Below are positions 27,190-37,180 of a stretch of 64,000 nucleotides of DNA, piece after piece (position 1 is the stretch's first letter; every line of letters starts with the position of its first letter). Under the pieces are notes generated by a model that saw only the letters and a program-made list of their open reading frames with translations, did not search any database and was not told the DNA's origin. Source of the stretch: a virus (lineage: Duplodnaviria > Heunggongvirae > Uroviricota > Caudoviricetes); IMG/VR virus record IMGVR_UViG_3300003973_000001, positions 1 to 64,000 of that record; one strand, given 5' to 3'. The position numbers were made by a program, and so were the translations under genes.

Positions 27190-27820
27190 CGTCTGCTACC
27201 TCATATTCTGTTTTCCCAGTTTTTAATTGAATTGTATCTTCCATTTGAGTAATGCTTGATTCTGCATTTTTCAACTCTTCTTCTCTTCTTAACATCTCTG
27301 TTTTTGCAAGATTCTCAATGTCTTGTGTAGTCTTTTCAATCTTATCTAAGTTTTCTTTTACCTTTGGATTGTAATTAGCATGGTTTAATAATGCTGAAGG
27401 GATAGAATTGATTAGTTCTGATTGAGCCAAGATGCTATCTGCGCTTATGATTTCAGACTTCATATTTTCAGCATAAAGCTTATTAATCTCTGAGATAATT
27501 TGAGCTACGATATTTTGTGCAATCAATAGGTGAACTGAAGGATTGTCAATTGTCTTATTAATCTCTTCATCCGACATATCGCTAACGTCAATATTCGTTA
27601 GTAATGGGAATACATCTTTCATCATTGTCATTCCATCGAATATGATTTTGTCATTTTCTAAACCCATTCCTTTTGCGTTCTGCAAATCGATGATTGCATT
27701 CGCATCAACTAAAGTTGGTTCATAAATTTCAATATTTCCTTGTGGAGCGTTAACGTATTCGCGAATCTTTCGAACTCCCTCTTGAGCTACTTGAAGTGAA
27801 TCTAATTTAATTTTTGTCAT
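27173..27820 (-). CDS. hypothetical protein
   Basis: AGGAGG RBS. Preceded by a motif copy. Confidence 0.5.
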   Translation of the reverse strand: MTKIKLDSLQVAQEGVRKIREYVNAPQGNIEIYEPTLVDANAIIDLQNAKGMGLENDKIIFDGMTMMKDVFPLLTNIDVSDMSDEEINKTIDNPSVHLLIAQNIVAQIISEINKLYAENMKSEIISADSILAQSELINSIPSALLNHANYNPKVKENLDKIEKTTQDIENLAKTEMLRREEELKNAESSITQMEDTIQLKTGKTEYEVADGAEVR

Positions 27821-27839
27821 AATTATGTATCCTCCTTGT

Positions 27840-27858
27840 TTGCAAATCTTTTGCTTAA
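27840..27858 (-). promoter_or_regulatory. 19-bp motif class B
   Basis: ttgcaaatcttttgcttaa upstream of 27173..27820. Confidence 0.55.
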
Positions 27859-27917
27859 TTAAATAATATCAAAAAAGATGGCATGCGTCAACACATACCA
27901 CCAAACTTTTTGATATT

Positions 27918-27936
27918 CTGCAAATCTTTTGTTCAA
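27918..27936 (-). promoter_or_regulatory. 19-bp motif class B variant
   Basis: ctgcaaatcttttgttcaa. A terminator-like hairpin plus T-run (27860-27900) lies between the two copies. Confidence 0.5.
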
Positions 27937-28058
27937 CCTAACAGCTTACAACGCTCACCATAGTTCGCGCTTGGGTTTTCCCATATGTAATGAGGCAGGG
28001 TTACTGGTTTGTCGAACTACTAATACTAACCCTTTTTCGTAATAAAACCGCTCTTTTA

Positions 28059-28514
28059 TTAATTCTTATCGTTCATAGAATCAAATTTGCCATCTTTAAA
28101 ATTGGCGCGGTCTCCACCTTTTCCTTTAACCTGTGACAATCTGTCAACAATACCTTGAGGAATTGGAACTCCTAAAGACGCTAGGTTTTCTAATACAGAT
28201 ACTCCCTCTACGAAGATATAGAACCATACAGCAACTGTTCTAAGCAGTGGCGCGGTCTCTGGCATTAAACCATCGAACATTGTAGCTAACATAATTACAA
28301 TGAAGTATCCAATTTTAGTTGTGAATCCTTCTCTCATTCTTTGGCTAGAGAAACTCTTATCTCTCCATCCTTTTAGCATTCCTGTTAAAATATCCAGAAT
28401 AACACAAGCAACAATTACCTGTAATGGTTTATCCCATCCTCCAAGTAATGCTGTTAATCCTGTCATACCGCCTGCAAAAATAACAGATACCTCATTTAAG
28501 TTTTCGAACTTCAA
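28059..28514 (-). CDS. holin (3-TM Bacillus phage holin type)
   Basis: 151 aa. Three hydrophobic segments and a charged C-terminus. Confidence 0.65.
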   Translation of the reverse strand: MKFENLNEVSVIFAGGMTGLTALLGGWDKPLQVIVACVILDILTGMLKGWRDKSFSSQRMREGFTTKIGYFIVIMLATMFDGLMPETAPLLRTVAVWFYIFVEGVSVLENLASLGVPIPQGIVDRLSQVKGKGGDRANFKDGKFDSMNDKN

Positions 28515-28776
28515 ATCATAACACCCTTCCGTTTTATAATAACCATTTATCTCTTAATGGATATTAATGATTGCAGGGTCTCCTATATCTCGTTTACTTG
28601 CTACCGTTCTTTAATTGCTCAATCTCTTGTTGCTGTGTAAAGATAACCGCATCTTTAACAGCATTGTCTCTAGTCAATTCTGCAATCTTTACGCTTAAAT
28701 TTTCAACCACTACAGCAAGGTCAACATTCATATTCATCTGCACCTACGTCACCACCTTTCTGTTTTAAGGAAACTA

Positions 28777-29325
28777 CTATTCAGACTTCGTTAGAACTGC
28801 TTCCTTTTTCTCTTCTTCTTTCTTTGGTGGCTCATTCCAGTTGATAAGAACTATTTCTGCATGAGTTGTTGCATTGTTGATTTTTGTCTTGCGCTCGCTA
28901 TACTTAAATAACTGAGTTTTCTTATGCATAAACGCCTCTCTATACACGTTATTCAACCACTCGTCTCTTGAATGTTCAATGTAGTCAACATCTTCGGTTA
29001 GCCAAGGGATTACTTGAGTTTCTTTGTCGAAGAAGATTAGCTCATGAGCTTGCCCTATGAAGTTAATTTGGTCTTCATTTTTCATTCTATATGTGTGTCC
29101 ATTAGTGGACTTAAATCCCTTTACAATAGCATCGTCACATATTTCAGACAACATTTCACTCTTTAGCTTTTTATGATGATTTAATATATATCCTTCTGTG
29201 ATTTGTGAGAGGACTGCGCCCTCCTTTCTTGCCAGTGTCGTAATAAGTTCATTCTTTTGCTCCATTGTCATTCTATCGAATCCAATGTCTACTAGTGTCT
29301 TTTCAATCTGAGAATCGAACAACAC
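28777..29325 (-). CDS. hypothetical protein
   Basis: ORF. Confidence 0.5.
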   Translation of the reverse strand: MLFDSQIEKTLVDIGFDRMTMEQKNELITTLARKEGAVLSQITEGYILNHHKKLKSEMLSEICDDAIVKGFKSTNGHTYRMKNEDQINFIGQAHELIFFDKETQVIPWLTEDVDYIEHSRDEWLNNVYREAFMHKKTQLFKYSERKTKINNATTHAEIVLINWNEPPKKEEEKKEAVLTKSE

Positions 29326-29337
29326 TTAATCATCTCC

Positions 29338-32300
29338 TTATCTGTTGTTTAATTGGTTTTTAAGGTATCTCACCTGCTCCGAAAGCTCTTGTATTGCCTT
29401 CCAAGCTAATGTTGTCATCCCATAACCATCTACTGTTTTACCATCTTTCCCTTGAATTAATTTAGGTGCTTCTTCTGCAATTAATCCAATGTTCAACTTT
29501 TCACTGTCATCTTGACTATTGTAGTGGTATAGCCTAGCCTTAGAAGCATTGATTATATCTAATGCACTTCTTTCAAAAGCCGAGATATTCTTCTTATAAT
29601 CTCTAGAAGAAGTATTCTCTATAATACCTGCTAATCTCGCCCAATCAGTATCATTCCCATTACGAGTTTCAAAGCGACCCATAGTTTGTTGATACTTGAA
29701 GATTGCATGAGTGCCATACTGTTGCATGTAGTTAGCCCCTTGAATCCAATAACCCATTAAACGGCTTCCATTTTGGTTAAAAGATATACCGCCACCATAT
29801 GCGTTTATTTCAGTTGACTGGTCTGCATTCTTGCCAATACCAGTTAAGAACTTAACACGACCATTTGCATCCTTAATCGACCAAGTTGCATATTTATCTG
29901 AATTGGGATTACCTACAATATTTCCCCAACCATTAATAATTGCTGATTGATAGCTTTGAAATTGAATAGCAGGTTCGTCCGCATTCTTGCCATGAATCTC
30001 GATTCCTGATTCAGTGGTAAACATTAATCCTGCGCCCGAACCATTTGATAAACCTTGAAACTCAACCGTAGACTTTACAGACCCAACGCTAAATTCAAGA
30101 ATTGACGGAAAGACCTTCGTGTTTCGACTACCATGCGTAACAGTCATTACTGAAGGCTGTATAGCAGTACCTTTATCACCAAAAGGCGAGCCACTTTCAG
30201 CCATTTCAAAGACCTTAACAAGACCTTCTTTTAACTCAGCGTAGTTCTGCTTCGTACCATCAGAAGCACCGTAACTTTTAAATGTGTTACCCTCAATGAC
30301 AGCCTTAATTTTAGGATTTGAAGCGTTAATACTTTGATAAGTAACACCCTTAATCGTACCACCGACAACTTTATCACCACTGATATTCTGAGATTTAAGA
30401 TTATTGATAAAAGCAGTATGAGCGAATAGGCTTGCTACATCTAACTGTTGAGCCTTAATAGAGCCATCAACAATTAATTCTCCAGTGTATCGTTTGCGAA
30501 CTTCTATATCTCTAATATAGTAATATCCACTAGTTCCACCATCTTTTTCAAAGAATAATTGGATACGAGAAATTGTCTTCGTGTCATCTGGAGCAGTCGT
30601 AATCTTAAGGTTCTTAATTACACGAGTGTCTGCTGTTGTAGGAAGAGCAGATATCGCCCCTGCATTTACCCAAGTACCATCAGTGTAATGATATCGCATA
30701 ATTAGATTAAGACTTGTTACACCTGCATCACGATACCCATTGAAGGCAATGTAATACTCATCGTTAACCTTAAACTCAACATAAGTATTGTCCATTATTG
30801 TAAGTGAAGCATAAGCTCCATTCCCAATTTTGAAGAATCTCTTATTGCTTAATAGAACCGTAGGATATCCATTAGGATTTTTCTCTTCGTTAATCTGAGA
30901 CAAGTTAGTAAAGTCGCCAATCGCAATCTGCTGAGCGAAGATTGTATTTGTGGCAATTTTTCCACCATTGATTAACGTTGTCCCTGATTTCCAAGAGTCT
31001 AGTAGGCTCTTTGCACCATTCCAGTTAGAAGCAGAAGAGATTTGTGCATCAAGGATAGTTCCACTTAACTTACTTGAGTTAAATGTTCCATTAGAGTTGA
31101 TATTAGAAGCTCTGTCCCATGTAGCCTTGTTACTATTGATAGCATTGTTTGCTGTGTTTGCTGTATTATTTGCCGTATTGGCAGTTCCTTGAGCGCCATC
31201 AGCTAATGACTTAGCTTTCTGATTAATTACCTTGACTAACTGTGCTTTCTTATCATAATAGTCATCAAATTGACCTCGGAATGTAGCGCCAGTAACAGCA
31301 GAAGTCGTTGTCATATTCGTTAGAATACCGCCAGTACCATTAAGAACAGTGTTTAGAGTGTTATAGGAATTAACAAAGTTTGTCTTCTCTGTTGTGATAC
31401 CATATGTTGTAGCCAATACTTCGTACTGAGGTTTCTCAGAAAGCATTACAGCCCACTCTTTCTTCAATTGAACTTTTTCCACTGGAGTAATCTTACTGTC
31501 AGAAGACATGTCTGCGATAGAGTTTTTAGCCTCTTGAGCTTTTGCATCTGCCCCAGTTCCAATACTTCTAGACAATTCATTAATCTTTCTAACCAGTTGA
31601 GCCTTCTTATCATAGTAGTCATCAAACGTATTTCTAAATGTTTGACCATTGACATCGCTTGTTATAGTAATGTTAGAGATAAGAGGTGAAAGGAGAGTAT
31701 TTAACGCATTATAAGAATTAACGTAATTTGTCTTTTCAGTAGTGATGCCGAAAGTATTTGACAATGCCTCATACTGAGGTTTCTCTGCTGAAATCGTTGC
31801 CCACTCTTTTTTTAACTGTTGCTTCTCAAGTGGAGTTAACTTATTATCATTTGACATATCTGTGATAGAGTAGTCATAGTCTGTAGCATCAATAACTGTC
31901 GCGTATGCAACATGCCAAGTTAAAGGTAATGTTCCACCTTCTAGGTTGAAGAAGTTCGTTGAACTGAAAGTTCCTGCTGAACCGCATTCTATTCTAAATA
32001 AGTATTCTTCCCACTTACCTGTACCTGCTGTTGGAGTTAACCACTCTTGCTTACCGCCTGTTCCAGTTGAATTACTAGCAAATACAAGCTTAGAACCAAC
32101 AGGTATTTTCGCGACAATTCTAGTTATAAAAATAGCATTTGCTCTAGAAGCAGTTTGGAATGAGAACCCACCGTAAGCAGGAGAGATAGGTAATGCAAGA
32201 GATTTTATCTCCAAGACATGTGTTGAATTCGTTGGAGCATCACTTGGCTTAGCAACCCTAGTTACTGTTACGTTTGTATTAGCTGAGTTGTTATATACTT

Positions 32301-35300
32301 TAACGTCATTAAGTCCATTCTTAAACATTGGGTCGCTGTATAAGACTTTCCCATTTAACCCTTGAGTTAATGTTCTCGACAACTCATTAATCTTTCTGAC
32401 TAATTGAGATTTTCTATCGTAGTAATCATCAAACTGCGCTCTAAACGTTGCACCAGTTACACTAGAAGTTGTCGTCATGTTTGTAAGTATTCCGCCACTT
32501 CCATTTAATGCTGTATTCAGAGTGTTGTACGCGTTAACGTAATTATTCTTTTCGGTAGTAACACCAAATCCATTCCCCAAAGCTTCGAATTGAGGCTTCT
32601 CGGCGACCATCACAGCCCATTCCTTTTTAAGCTGAACCTTTTCTACAGGAGTGATTTTGCTATCGCTAGACATATCTGCAATAGAGTTCTGAGCTGTTTG
32701 AGCTTTACTGTCCGCATTAGTACCAATCGTTCTAGCTAGTTCATTAATCTTTTTAACCAATTGTGACATCTTGTCGTAATAATCATCAAATGTATTTCTG
32801 AATGTCGCTCCGTTGATATCACTAGTCACTGTTGTATTAGCGATGATAGGAGTAACTGCTGTATTCAAAGTATTATAAGCATTGACATAGTTCGTTTTCT
32901 CAGTAGTAATTCCATAGATAGTAGCAAGTGCTTCATACTGTGGCTTTTCCGCTACGATTGTCGCCCATTCCTTTTTCAACTGTTGTTTTTCTAAAGGAGT
33001 AGCTTTATTGTCGTTTGACATATCGGCAATAGCACTTTGACTACTTTGAGCCTTTTTATCAACGTCAGCAACTAACTTATCGTAATCCTCTGGAGCTAAA
33101 GTGAAATCAGTTTTTCTGTTACCTTTTTCGAGTTTCATTCTCTTAACATAGAATTCTACTCCATTAGCAAGTGCTGTCGTATAGAAGATGACTGTTCCAT
33201 TTCCTACACCAGTCCCCTTGAATGTATGAGAATATTCTCTCCAAGTAGTGTCAACGTCTACTGTTTTAACGTCAATACTCTCTGCGCCAATGTGAAGCTT
33301 ATGATTTCCTGTACTAGCCTTCATCATTACGCTAACAGTGTACTCTTGGTCTTTCTCAAATACTTTAGTAGCAGAAGAACCGCCACCCAATCTCTGATAA
33401 ATACCTGCTCTTCCTGCTCCAGTGTTAGGAGTAAACTTGAAAGCCTTATCCTCTCCATCGTCTACAACTGCAGTTTGAGCCACGTTTGAATACCAGTTAG
33501 TAGCACCTTGAAGCAATCCTGCATTTAGGAATATGTTCCTACCACCGACAGACATGTTGTCGAGATTTCCTTGAACTCTGGCAATAGCCTCATCAATATC
33601 CTCTTGAGCCAAGCTGTAATCTGTAACTACGTTTCCTAGCTCACCTTTTACATTTCTTATTTTAAACGTAACAGGCGCACCGCTATTATTAACTAATCCA
33701 ATGTTAGATTGGTCGTATAAATCACTAGTGTAGTTATCCTTGTTCTTCCAAGTAAACCAACATTTAGTCCACGTATTAGCTTTTAAGCTTTTGCTAGAAG
33801 TCTGTCTCAATGCAGTATCGTCATTATCATTAGATGTGGACGTTCCAGTCACAGGGAAGTTATTTACATCAGCATTCCAAGTAGTATCGATAGGAGAATA
33901 AATCTCAAAGCTAACCGCGAACCAACTCCCAATAGGAACTACAGAAGTTTTATCGATTATTCTTACGCCTGCACCCCATGAACCACCTGCTCCACTATTA
34001 GCAGTTAAAGTCCAAGTATTTGTAGCTTCATCATATGATGAAGAGGTTACGTTTATAGGAGATATCTGTTTCTTTCTAACAATGTTTTTCGCACCGAATT
34101 GCATTCCATCGATTTTATCCTTAGCATCAGTACCTGCGTTAACTTTACCTTGCATAGCAGGGTCTAAGCTTTGGAATGTAACAGCTCCTGTGATATCAAG
34201 ATGTTTGCCAAGGATTTTAACACCTTCTGCACTAGCGTTGATAGAAGTTTTTACATTACCCTTCTTAACAACATTGATAGCAATCTCTTCAGCGGTTTGT
34301 TTAATTTGAGTTCCTTGAGATTCAACAGTTGTTTTCATACCGTCTACATCTTTTTTAACATCAGTAACAGTCTGTGAAATCCCCTTAGTAGTAACTTCGA
34401 TTTCTGATTTCAACTTAGTCGCAGATTCAGTAATCTTCCCATTTGCTTGCTCTATCGTATATACTTTATCAGCTTCAGCTTTAAGTGCAATACTTTTGTT
34501 TAATAATGTAATAGATGTATTATGCTCTTCAATAGCTGTTCCTTGTTGTGTAACAGACTTACTTAAATCCGTTACGGACTGCCTAATCTTTCCTGCGTCC
34601 TGTTCGATTGCTGTTGTTTTCTTTCCTAAATTATCTAATTCAGTTACGGTAAGTGAAATTTTATCATTCGCGACTTTAAGTGCGCCTTCTGCAACTTCGA
34701 CTCTTCCGTTTAGTTTGTCAACTTTTTCATCAGATGCCTTAAGTTCAATAGATTCGTCTAGTTGCTCTAATTTTGTTTGTTGTGTAGAGTATTTATCATT
34801 CAACTCATCAAAGTCTTTTTTCTCTACCGTATTAACTATCTTACCTTCTAAAATTTCAACGCTAGATTCCGCAGTCTCTAATCTATTAGAGTACTCATTA
34901 AATCTTTCCGTTTCTACTTTGGATTTAATAGCATCGCTTAATACCTCCATAGAAGATGATTGTGACTCCACTTTATTACCTAGCTCTGTCACTTCATCTT
35001 TTGTAGCCATAAGCTTAATACTATCTTCTGTCTGTTTGAGAGATGTTTCAGCCTCTCTTAGTCGAGCATCATTCTTGTCCCCAACGCCAATCACTGCAGT
35101 TAGCTTATCGACCTGCGTAGATAATTTAACGCCTAGATTCATAACTGGCGCTCCTGTGCGATTCCCATGGAGAATATCCACTGTATTCCATCCTGCATTA
35201 AATCCAAGAGCAACTTTAGTTCCAATAGTACTCATATGAGCATTTTCGTATATTTTAGCTCCATTCATATAGATGGTCAAACTATCTTCATGAACAACAT

Positions 35301-35988
35301 TAAAGTATACGGTTTTTCTATCTTTTAAATTTACGTTAGTAAAATAATGAGTGATAATATTGTCACCTGCGAAAGCTACCATACTTGAAGCATCTGGGGA
35401 TTCATTTACTTCCTTTGCGTTAAGACCTTTGATTAAGGAAAAAGATGGAGCTGTATTATCGAAATCAGTTCCTGCAACTTCATATTTTGAAGCAACCCAC
35501 TTGTTTAAGCCTAAATCATGCTCATATGTAGTTCTACTTACCTTTTGCTCAAGCGCTCCATTAATATTCTCGACAGATACATTTAAATTATCAACATCTT
35601 TCCCTACTTTTTGAAACTCTGTTAAGTCAGCCTTGTCTCTTAACTTACTTGTTACGTCTTCATATTCTTTCTCGTAATCCTCAACGTTAACCTTACTGCC
35701 AATCTCTGACTCCATATCCGCAACTTTTCCTTTTAGCTCGTTCCCAACTGTCGATATAGCTTCAACTTCATTATTCAAGGTATTAATTAGGTCTTGTGCG
35801 GTTTTAATGAGTTCGGCTTGTTTAATTTGCTCATCTACTACATCAGCCATTCCACCATCAATTAATGAATTAATTGCTGTTACCACATCAGTCTTTGCTA
35901 ATGTTTTGAGTTTAGATATGTCTCCAACATCTTTTACTGAAGCGTACTTCCATTCATTATTTTCTTTGTAACGAATATAACGTGACAT
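29338..35988 (-). CDS. giant tail fibre (2216 aa) with C-terminal intramolecular-chaperone (S74-like) domain
   Basis: Four internal repeats of about 125 aa (DMSNDNKxTPLEKQQLKKEWA...YGITTEKTNYVN...). C-terminal ...GLIAEEAP...YGMTTLAWKAIQEL matches the self-cleaving chaperone domain. Confidence 0.75.
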   Translation of the reverse strand: MSRYIRYKENNEWKYASVKDVGDISKLKTLAKTDVVTAINSLIDGGMADVVDEQIKQAELIKTAQDLINTLNNEVEAISTVGNELKGKVADMESEIGSKVNVEDYEKEYEDVTSKLRDKADLTEFQKVGKDVDNLNVSVENINGALEQKVSRTTYEHDLGLNKWVASKYEVAGTDFDNTAPSFSLIKGLNAKEVNESPDASSMVAFAGDNIITHYFTNVNLKDRKTVYFNVVHEDSLTIYMNGAKIYENAHMSTIGTKVALGFNAGWNTVDILHGNRTGAPVMNLGVKLSTQVDKLTAVIGVGDKNDARLREAETSLKQTEDSIKLMATKDEVTELGNKVESQSSSMEVLSDAIKSKVETERFNEYSNRLETAESSVEILEGKIVNTVEKKDFDELNDKYSTQQTKLEQLDESIELKASDEKVDKLNGRVEVAEGALKVANDKISLTVTELDNLGKKTTAIEQDAGKIRQSVTDLSKSVTQQGTAIEEHNTSITLLNKSIALKAEADKVYTIEQANGKITESATKLKSEIEVTTKGISQTVTDVKKDVDGMKTTVESQGTQIKQTAEEIAINVVKKGNVKTSINASAEGVKILGKHLDITGAVTFQSLDPAMQGKVNAGTDAKDKIDGMQFGAKNIVRKKQISPINVTSSSYDEATNTWTLTANSGAGGSWGAGVRIIDKTSVVPIGSWFAVSFEIYSPIDTTWNADVNNFPVTGTSTSNDNDDTALRQTSSKSLKANTWTKCWFTWKNKDNYTSDLYDQSNIGLVNNSGAPVTFKIRNVKGELGNVVTDYSLAQEDIDEAIARVQGNLDNMSVGGRNIFLNAGLLQGATNWYSNVAQTAVVDDGEDKAFKFTPNTGAGRAGIYQRLGGGSSATKVFEKDQEYTVSVMMKASTGNHKLHIGAESIDVKTVDVDTTWREYSHTFKGTGVGNGTVIFYTTALANGVEFYVKRMKLEKGNRKTDFTLAPEDYDKLVADVDKKAQSSQSAIADMSNDNKATPLEKQQLKKEWATIVAEKPQYEALATIYGITTEKTNYVNAYNTLNTAVTPIIANTTVTSDINGATFRNTFDDYYDKMSQLVKKINELARTIGTNADSKAQTAQNSIADMSSDSKITPVEKVQLKKEWAVMVAEKPQFEALGNGFGVTTEKNNYVNAYNTLNTALNGSGGILTNMTTTSSVTGATFRAQFDDYYDRKSQLVRKINELSRTLTQGLNGKVLYSDPMFKNGLNDVKVYNNSANTNVTVTRVAKPSDAPTNSTHVLEIKSLALPISPAYGGFSFQTASRANAIFITRIVAKIPVGSKLVFASNSTGTGGKQEWLTPTAGTGKWEEYLFRIECGSAGTFSSTNFFNLEGGTLPLTWHVAYATVIDATDYDYSITDMSNDNKLTPLEKQQLKKEWATISAEKPQYEALSNTFGITTEKTNYVNSYNALNTLLSPLISNITITSDVNGQTFRNTFDDYYDKKAQLVRKINELSRSIGTGADAKAQEAKNSIADMSSDSKITPVEKVQLKKEWAVMLSEKPQYEVLATTYGITTEKTNFVNSYNTLNTVLNGTGGILTNMTTTSAVTGATFRGQFDDYYDKKAQLVKVINQKAKSLADGAQGTANTANNTANTANNAINSNKATWDRASNINSNGTFNSSKLSGTILDAQISSASNWNGAKSLLDSWKSGTTLINGGKIATNTIFAQQIAIGDFTNLSQINEEKNPNGYPTVLLSNKRFFKIGNGAYASLTIMDNTYVEFKVNDEYYIAFNGYRDAGVTSLNLIMRYHYTDGTWVNAGAISALPTTADTRVIKNLKITTAPDDTKTISRIQLFFEKDGGTSGYYYIRDIEVRKRYTGELIVDGSIKAQQLDVASLFAHTAFINNLKSQNISGDKVVGGTIKGVTYQSINASNPKIKAVIEGNTFKSYGASDGTKQNYAELKEGLVKVFEMAESGSPFGDKGTAIQPSVMTVTHGSRNTKVFPSILEFSVGSVKSTVEFQGLSNGSGAGLMFTTESGIEIHGKNADEPAIQFQSYQSAIINGWGNIVGNPNSDKYATWSIKDANGRVKFLTGIGKNADQSTEINAYGGGISFNQNGSRLMGYWIQGANYMQQYGTHAIFKYQQTMGRFETRNGNDTDWARLAGIIENTSSRDYKKNISAFERSALDIINASKARLYHYNSQDDSEKLNIGLIAEEAPKLIQGKDGKTVDGYGMTTLAWKAIQELSEQVRYLKNQLNNR

Positions 35989-36073
35989 CTTATAGCATTC
36001 CTCCTTTTCGATATTTTACGTGGACGAAAGTCCCATATATTCATATATTCATTATAGCAGTCTGACAAAGTTA

Positions 36074-36092
36074 CTGCAATACTTTTGTTTAA
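36074..36092 (-). promoter_or_regulatory. 19-bp motif class A (upstream of the giant fibre); TTGCAG-17-TATAAT
   Basis: ctgcaatacttttgtttaa. On the gene strand TTGCAG is followed by 17 nt then TATAAT. Confidence 0.6.
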
Positions 36093-36123
36093 TAAAATTC
36101 AGATTTTATTAGGTCAATATGAT

Positions 36124-36160
36124 ACAAAAAAAATTGGGAAGACACATTATTATGTCTTCC
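36124..36160 (-). terminator. rho-independent terminator after the major-tail-protein extension
   Basis: GGGAAGACA-taataatg-TGTCTTCCC then A-ATTTTTTTT on the minus strand. Confidence 0.6.
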
Positions 36161-36335
36161 CAAAATCCTACTTATCTTCAGTAATAATTGATTCTTTTTC
36201 GGATGCGGTTTTTACACCACCAGAATTCTCTTCCCCACTCGTATCAGAACCAGTTTCTGGCTCTGAAGGAGTAGTTTCCTCCTCTTCGATTGGTGGAGGA
36301 GTCGGAATTACAGGAGGAGAGACTGGCTCATCCTC

Positions 36336-37094
36336 TCATTCACCGATGATTTTGTAAGTAGCCATATTCTTGTCTTTATCTGGGAACAAGTCAAATGTTA
36401 CTTCAAGCTTTGTAGGCTCTGTAGCAGACATTGTGATTGTAAAGTTAGATTGTGGACGAGCGTTTGGATACTCAATTTGTACGAACTCATCAGTTCCAGT
36501 TTCTTTTTCACGCATTAAAGCATCAGCAACAATGCGGTAAGCTTTAGGGAACTTATCTGCTGAGATAGAGATAGTACGAGCTTGAGCGTCTTTTACTAAG
36601 TAGTAAATAGCGTAAGCGTCACCTACAACTGCATCTGTAGCGAAAGTGATGTCAGAACCAGTGATAGTGAACTGACCTGCTGTTGGAGAAGCAGTAACCT
36701 TGTTTAAAGGCTCATCGATATGCTCGATTTGGTCTCCACCAACTTTGATAATTGTTACAGAATCAGCTACTGGAGCGCCTGCTAATGTAACTTTCTTAGT
36801 AGAAGGAATACGCACAACTTCACGTTTAGCGATGTTAGTTTCACCCTTAACAATTTCTGAACCTGCTACCATAGCTAACCATTGTAGTTCGAATACTTCC
36901 ATTTCAACTTTTAACGTACCTTGACGGTCAGCGTCCCAAGCGATAGAACGTACTCCTTTTGCGTTTGCGAATACACGCTCTGCTTGCCATTCGTTAGTAG
37001 CAACGTTAGCATAGTCAGAGAATACTGCAGGTTTTCCTGTTGCTAATTCAAAAAGACTTAAATTAGCGCAATCTTTAATACCGTAAATAGCCAC
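36336..37094 (-). CDS. major tail (tube) protein
   Basis: GTG start with AGAGGTG RBS. 252 aa, beta-rich. Position between the head-tail genes and the tail. An open in-frame extension follows its TGA stop (see findings). Confidence 0.65.
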   Translation of the reverse strand: MAIYGIKDCANLSLFELATGKPAVFSDYANVATNEWQAERVFANAKGVRSIAWDADRQGTLKVEMEVFELQWLAMVAGSEIVKGETNIAKREVVRIPSTKKVTLAGAPVADSVTIIKVGGDQIEHIDEPLNKVTASPTAGQFTITGSDITFATDAVVGDAYAIYYLVKDAQARTISISADKFPKAYRIVADALMREKETGTDEFVQIEYPNARPQSNFTITMSATEPTKLEVTFDLFPDKDKNMATYKIIGE

Positions 37095-37131
37095 GAAACA
37101 ACACCTCTTGTTTTCTTATAATTTTTAGCTT

Positions 37132-37150
37132 CTGCAAATCTTTTGCTTAA
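37132..37150 (-). promoter_or_regulatory. 19-bp motif class B (upstream of the major tail protein)
   Basis: ctgcaaatcttttgcttaa. Confidence 0.55.
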
Positions 37151-37180
37151 GCGTTTATATAATAAAAGACATATAGTCTT

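Noticed and set aside
34496-35239. 247-aa serine-rich plus-strand ORF inside the giant fibre gene
   Set aside because: It is antisense to the fibre coding sequence, low-complexity, and has no translation signals.
36085-36357. Plus-strand 90-aa glycine/serine-rich ORF
   Set aside because: It is the antisense of the GC-rich major-tail-protein extension and has no RBS. I first read the extension as a +1 frameshift, but checking codon positions shows it is in frame 0 (read-through of the TGA), so the frameshift idea was dropped.
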